64,000 bases of DNA. It comes from an uncultured Gemmatimonadaceae bacterium. Its GTDB lineage: Bacteria; Gemmatimonadota; Gemmatimonadetes; Gemmatimonadales; Gemmatimonadaceae. The position numbers and the translations under genes were made by a program. The notes under the pieces are model-generated. The model made no database searches. It was not told the DNA's origin and saw only the letters and a list, made by a program, of their open reading frames with translations. Location: contig OY970320.1 of NCBI GenBank assembly GCA_963716745.1, positions 2,144,001 through 2,208,000 of the forward strand. Reading direction: 5' to 3'. Position 1 is the stretch's first letter. The number at the start of each line of letters is the position of its first letter. Positions 59,693 to 64,000 of the stretch are shown one piece after another.

Positions 59693-61222
59693 ATGCCCCG
59701 TGTGATTCGTACGGTCTCCATTCTCGCTCTCCTCGCAACGGTCACCGCAATCGATGCGCAGGCGCCGGCCAAGAAGGCCGATCCGCTCGCGGGCTTCGAC
59801 GCCTATGTCGCGAAAGGGATGAAGGACTGGGACGTCCCCGGCATGGAGATCGCCATCGTGAAGGACGATTCCGTCACCTTCATCAAGGGCTACGGCGTGA
59901 AGACCGTTGGCGGACACGATTCCGTGAACATCCACACGCTCTTCGCGAACGCGTCCACCACGAAAGCGTTCGGATCGTACGCCGCGATGCTCATGGTGGA
60001 CAGCGGCAAACTCTCGCTCGACACGCGCGTCGCCGACCGGATGCCGCAGCTGCAGCTCATGTCACCCTACGTGACCTCCGAGCTCACCGAGCGCGATCTG
60101 CTCACGCACCGCAGCGGTCTCCCGGAAGCGGGTTATCTCTGGTACGGCACGTCGTACGATTTCAACGAGATCGCCAAGAAGCTCCGCCTCGTGAAGCCCA
60201 CGTACTCATTCCGCGAGCATTTCCAGTACCAGAACGAGACGTACGCCGCGGCCGTGTTCATCGCGGCGCTCGCCGCGAAACAGGATTGGGAGGCGATGTT
60301 CAAGAAGGACATCTTCACGCCGCTCGGCATGAACGAGACGGTCACGAACACGCAGGCCGCGGTCGACTTCAAGAACGTCGCCACGCCGCACTTCCGCATC
60401 GACGACACCGTGCGCGCCATCGATCGCTATCAAACGGACAACATCGGCCCCGCCGGCGCGATGTACTCGAACGTGTCCGACATGTCCAAGTGGCTGCGCT
60501 TCCTGCTCGACAGCACGCGCGTCGGCGGCAAGCGCATGCTCAGCGCCGCGAATTTCGCCGAACTCTGGCAGCTGCAGCAGATCGTCGGCCCCGATGAGTT
60601 CTATCCCACCGCGCGCCTCACGCATCCCAACTACACCGCGTACGGACTCGGCTGGTTCCTCGAGGATTATCGTGGTGAGGCCGTGGTGTTCCACACCGGC
60701 AGCATCGACGGATTCGTCGCCATCGTGGGACTCATCCCCAGCCGCAAGCTGGGCGTCGTGATCTTCGAGAATCTCGATCACGCCGAGCTGCGTCACGCGC
60801 TCATGTACACCGTGTTCGACCGTTACATCGGCGGCGGCACGCACGACTGGAGCGCTGAATTGAAGAAGATGTACGACGCGGCGCATGCGCGTCGCGCGGA
60901 AGCCGTGGCCGCTGAGGCGAAGAAGCGGGTGATGGGCACCAAGCCCAGTTTGCCGCTCGCCGCATACGCGGGCACGTACAAGGACGAGCTGTACGGCAGC
61001 ACCGTGATCAAGCTCAAGGACGGCAAGCTGTGGGAGGACGATCCGTTCACGAGCGCCACGATGGAGCATTGGAACTACGACACGTTCGAGATGAAGTACA
61101 CGAAGCGCTGGCTCGGCACGCAGCTGGTGACGTTCGTGATCGGTACCGACGGGAAAGTGTCGGGATTGGATGTGGGTGATGGTGTGATCATCGCGCGCGC
61201 GCCGGATGCGAGTAGCAAGTAG
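59693..61222 (+). CDS. Serine hydrolase (beta-lactamase family) with C-terminal DUF3471-like domain
   Basis: Signal peptide; ASTTK (SxxK), LLTHRSG, YQN, HTG; PLAAYAGTY. Confidence 0.9.
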   Translation: MPRVIRTVSILALLATVTAIDAQAPAKKADPLAGFDAYVAKGMKDWDVPGMEIAIVKDDSVTFIKGYGVKTVGGHDSVNIHTLFANASTTKAFGSYAAMLMVDSGKLSLDTRVADRMPQLQLMSPYVTSELTERDLLTHRSGLPEAGYLWYGTSYDFNEIAKKLRLVKPTYSFREHFQYQNETYAAAVFIAALAAKQDWEAMFKKDIFTPLGMNETVTNTQAAVDFKNVATPHFRIDDTVRAIDRYQTDNIGPAGAMYSNVSDMSKWLRFLLDSTRVGGKRMLSAANFAELWQLQQIVGPDEFYPTARLTHPNYTAYGLGWFLEDYRGEAVVFHTGSIDGFVAIVGLIPSRKLGVVIFENLDHAELRHALMYTVFDRYIGGGTHDWSAELKKMYDAAHARRAEAVAAEAKKRVMGTKPSLPLAAYAGTYKDELYGSTVIKLKDGKLWEDDPFTSATMEHWNYDTFEMKYTKRWLGTQLVTFVIGTDGKVSGLDVGDGVIIARAPDASSK

Positions 61223-61245
61223 GGACGGCAAGGACAAACTGCTTT

Positions 61246-61333
61246 GACAGGATTAACATGATTGACCTGATGAATTGCAACGGCTTGAATGCGTTGGTGC
61301 TGCGTGCATCACTTCAATCATGTTAATCGTGTC
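61246..61333. repeat. Inverted repeat built from 9-bp units (gacaggatt)
   Basis: gacaggattaacatgattga and tcaatcatgttaatcgtgtc, 19/20 complementary. Confidence 0.75.
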
Positions 61334-61466
61334 GAGATGTTTTTTGATCTTTTTGTGCTTCGAGGAGATTCGAGCGCACATGGGACTCGGTCGCGAAAAT
61401 TTTAATGTTGTCTTCGGAGTGTATTCGGTTTTTTCGGCGCTACTATAGTAAAGTGTGAGGATCAGG

Positions 61467-61880
61467 ATGCCTGTCTCTAAGCTGGCTGCGAAGATGAAGC
61501 TGAAGCCGGGGCATCGCGCGGCGTTGGTCAACGCGCCGAAGGGGTACGCGAAAGAACTGAGTCCACTGCCGGCCGGCGCAAAGATCGCCGCGAAACTCAC
61601 CGGAGAGTTCGACTGGATCCAACTCTTCGCGCGCAATGAAGCCGAGCTGCGCAAGCTGGTGCCGGGCGCCGTGAAAGCGCTCAAGCCCGAGAGCATGCTC
61701 TGGCTGTCGTTCCCGAAGGGCGGCTCCAAGATCCAGACGGATCTCACGCGTGATCAGGGGTGGGATTCGCTCAAGCCATTCGAGATGAAGTGGATCACGC
61801 TGATCTCCGTGAACGACACGTGGAGCGCGTTCGCGATCAGACCGCACCGCGCGGGCGAGAAGAAGCAGGGGTTCCGATGA
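61467..61880 (+). CDS. Hypothetical protein (DUF3052-like)
   Basis: LAAKMKLKPG, LWLSFPKGGSKIQTDLTRD, ISVNDTWSA. Confidence 0.75.
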   Translation: MPVSKLAAKMKLKPGHRAALVNAPKGYAKELSPLPAGAKIAAKLTGEFDWIQLFARNEAELRKLVPGAVKALKPESMLWLSFPKGGSKIQTDLTRDQGWDSLKPFEMKWITLISVNDTWSAFAIRPHRAGEKKQGFR

Positions 61881-62428
61881 ACATCCGGTTCGGCGCCGTC
61901 GCCGCTATTCTGCTCTGCGCCGGCATCGCCTGCGGGCGCGACACAGCGCAACCGGCCAAGCCGCAGTCGCCGCCGCTGTCACCCGAGGAAGTTGTCTCAG
62001 CGATCCTGAAGGCCGTCGCGCCATCCTCGGCAGAGGAGCCATCGGACTCCCTCTTCTCCGAGGCGCCGAACTGCGACCAGGAATATGAGAGCGACGTGCT
62101 CGTGTTCCCGGCCAAGTTCAAGATCACCGGTTCGCAACTGCTTCACGACACCGCGGTGGTGCATACGCAGATCGTGTCCGTCGGCGAGCGCGTCGCGAAT
62201 GCCGCGAACGATAGCGTCGTCGTTCGGCAGATCACGCGCACGGGCGAGGCCACGTGGACGCTGCTGCGCGACGCGCCCTCGGGACGCTGGCAAGTGTGCG
62301 GTGACCCGCGCGGAGTCGCCGTCTACTTCGGCGTGCTCGACGATCTCGACACAGGTGTGACCTGGGCCGGCCAAGCATCCGCCGTGCGGTTGCGCGCATC
62401 GGCCGACTCGGCGAACCGGATTCCGTAG
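61877..62428 (+). CDS. Hypothetical lipoprotein
   Basis: MNIRFGAVAAILLCAGIAC lipobox; ATGA overlap with the upstream gene. Confidence 0.65.
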   Translation: MNIRFGAVAAILLCAGIACGRDTAQPAKPQSPPLSPEEVVSAILKAVAPSSAEEPSDSLFSEAPNCDQEYESDVLVFPAKFKITGSQLLHDTAVVHTQIVSVGERVANAANDSVVVRQITRTGEATWTLLRDAPSGRWQVCGDPRGVAVYFGVLDDLDTGVTWAGQASAVRLRASADSANRIP

Positions 62429-62552
62429 CTCCCGCAGCGCCGGGACACCGTCCGCTCGTGGGACGCCCAGTCCCCACTCCGAACACCCACTCGCCAACCA
62501 TCGGCCCACTCGCGGAGTCTAACCACGCGTTAGACCGCTTATTAAGCAGTTA

Positions 62553-62580
62553 GCGAGTCCCGAATCCCGAATCCCGAACC
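62553..62580. repeat. Heptamer arm (cccgaat)
   Basis: gcgagtcccgaatcccgaatcccgaacc. Confidence 0.65.
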
Positions 62581-62590
62581 TAAACGCTCA

Positions 62591-62606
62591 CGGCATACGT
62601 TTTGCT
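62591..62606 (+). promoter_or_regulatory. Sigma-54-like promoter
   Basis: CGGCAT-ACGTT-TTGCT (GG-N10-GC), about 48 bp upstream of the HlyD gene. Confidence 0.55.
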
Positions 62607-62653
62607 TTTAGGGAGGTGAACATCCGTGGTGCCCCTAGCCTAAGGTTAGAGAT

Positions 62654-63899
62654 TTGGACGTCGCTCGCGCCCCCAAGAAGAAGACCTCGAAATACGTCGC
62701 CATCGGCGGCGGTATCTTCGCGCTCATCATCGTCACGGTCGCACTCGGCCGGCTCAAGCCCGCCGCGCCGTCCGTGGAGATCGCCACGCTCCTCATCGAC
62801 TCGGTGAAGCAGGGTGACCTCTCTATAGAAGTACGCGGGCCCGGCAACCTCACGCCGGAACACATTCGCTTCATCACGGCGCAGGCGAGTGCCCGCGTCG
62901 ACCGGCTCATCGCACAATCGGGCCAGAGCGTTCCCGCCGGCGGCGTGCTGCTCACGCTCTCCAATCCCGACGTCGAGATCCAGGCGCTGCAGGCCGATCA
63001 GGCCTACAACCAGGCGCGATTCGATCTCTTCGCGATGCGCACGAACTTGAACGCGGCGCGGCTGGCGCAGGAAGGCACGGTCGCCACGACGCGCACGAAC
63101 TACATCGCCGCCACGCAGGACGCGGCGGCCGCCGAGTCGCTCGTCACGAAGAATCTCATCTCCCCCTTCGACGCGAACCAGAAGAAGGCCGCGGCGCAGG
63201 AATACGAGACGCGTCTGCGCGTGGAGAAAGAACGCCTCGCGCTCATGACGTCGAGCGTGGACTCGCAGATCGCCGTGCAAACGGACCAAGTGAAGCGCCT
63301 CAAGTCGATCGCGGAGCTCGACCGCTCGCGCGTGAATGCACTGCAGGTCACGGCGCCCGACGCCGGCATCGTCCAAGACCTCACGATCCAGCTCGGCCAG
63401 TGGGTCACGGAAGGCACAACGCTCGCCAAGGTCGTGCAGCCGGGCACGCTCAAGGCCGTCATTCAGAATTCCTGAAACACAGGCCAAGGATGTCGCCGTA
63501 GGCCAAGAGGCCGACATCGACACACGCAACGGTATCGTCCACGGCCATGTCTCACGGAAGGACCCCAGCTCCGTGAACGGCACGGTCACGGTGGACGTGA
63601 AAATGGAAGGTACGCTCCCCCCGGGCGCGGTGCCCGATCTCTCCGTGGATGGCACGATCAGGATCGCGTCGCTCAAGAACGTCATGTACACCGGCCGCCC
63701 CGCCTACGGTTCGGGCACGGGCATGGTGGGTCTGTTCAAGGTCGTGGAGAACGGCAGCGCCGCGATCCGCGTGCAAGTCCAGCTCGGCAAGAGTTCAGTC
63801 ACAACGGTAGAGATCCTGAAGGGCCTGAACATCGGCGACAAAGTGATTCTGAGTGACATGTCTCAGTACGACAACGTGGAACGCGTACGCCTCAAATAA
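62654..63899 (+). CDS. Efflux periplasmic adaptor subunit (HlyD/MacA family; frameshift near 63465)
   Basis: TM anchor, EVRGPGNL, coiled coil, APDAGIV, PDLSVDG, GLNIGDKVILSD. Confidence 0.88.
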
Positions 63900-63913
63900 C
63901 TCCGGAGCGCACA

Positions 63914-64000
63914 ATGGCAACGACTGGCGATCAGGGCTTGATCAGACTGCAGGGGATCCAGAAGGTCTTCTATACGGACGAAGTAGAGACGCACGCGCTC
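63914..64000 (+). CDS. ABC transporter ATP-binding protein (MacB/LolD-like; runs off window end)
   Basis: MATTGDQGLIRLQGIQKVFYTDEVETHAL. Confidence 0.8.
   Translation, partial: MATTGDQGLIRLQGIQKVFYTDEVETHAL

Noticed and set aside
1..64000. tRNA, rRNA, integrase or transposase genes, prophage
   Set aside because: No cloverleaf or rRNA signatures and no recombinase, transposase or phage structural motifs recognised by eye.

Overview
High-GC bacterial chromosomal window. The gene style (eukaryotic-like Ser/Thr kinase-TPR fusion, DUF1800/DUF1501 pair, stand-alone TPR proteins) suggests Gemmatimonadota, which is an inference. About 14 genes, including rho, pgi, tkt and cydA, are split across reading frames, most likely by long-read indel errors. 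Contents in order: nucleoside/sugar ABC genes; a kinase; a Ni-transporter-like gene plus a Cys-rich microprotein; four minor type IV pilins under a c-di-GMP-I riboswitch; yyaL; crcB-DUF190-PHP-GT39-M20 peptidase; rho with a long disordered N-terminus; a signalling block; DUF1501/DUF1800; a divergent alpha-glucan-degradation / pentose-phosphate / cytochrome bd supercluster; a four-helix-bundle gene; two beta-barrel paralogs; an EF-G-like GTPase; a serine hydrolase; and the start of an HlyD/ABC operon. Two candidates stand out. (1) At 20.6-23.4 kb a 44-aa exported Cys-loop peptide lies convergent with a 414-aa HTH-less TPR protein and divergent from a pseudo-receiver AraC regulator plus a single-domain receiver. 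The peptide and TPR upstream regions share a TGTCC-N16-TGTCC box, suggesting a Rap/Phr-like peptide signalling system. (2) Intergenic inverted repeats built from 7-bp units are pervasive. One family brackets the four-helix-bundle gene and reappears without that gene around the 5' end of a deacetylase gene.
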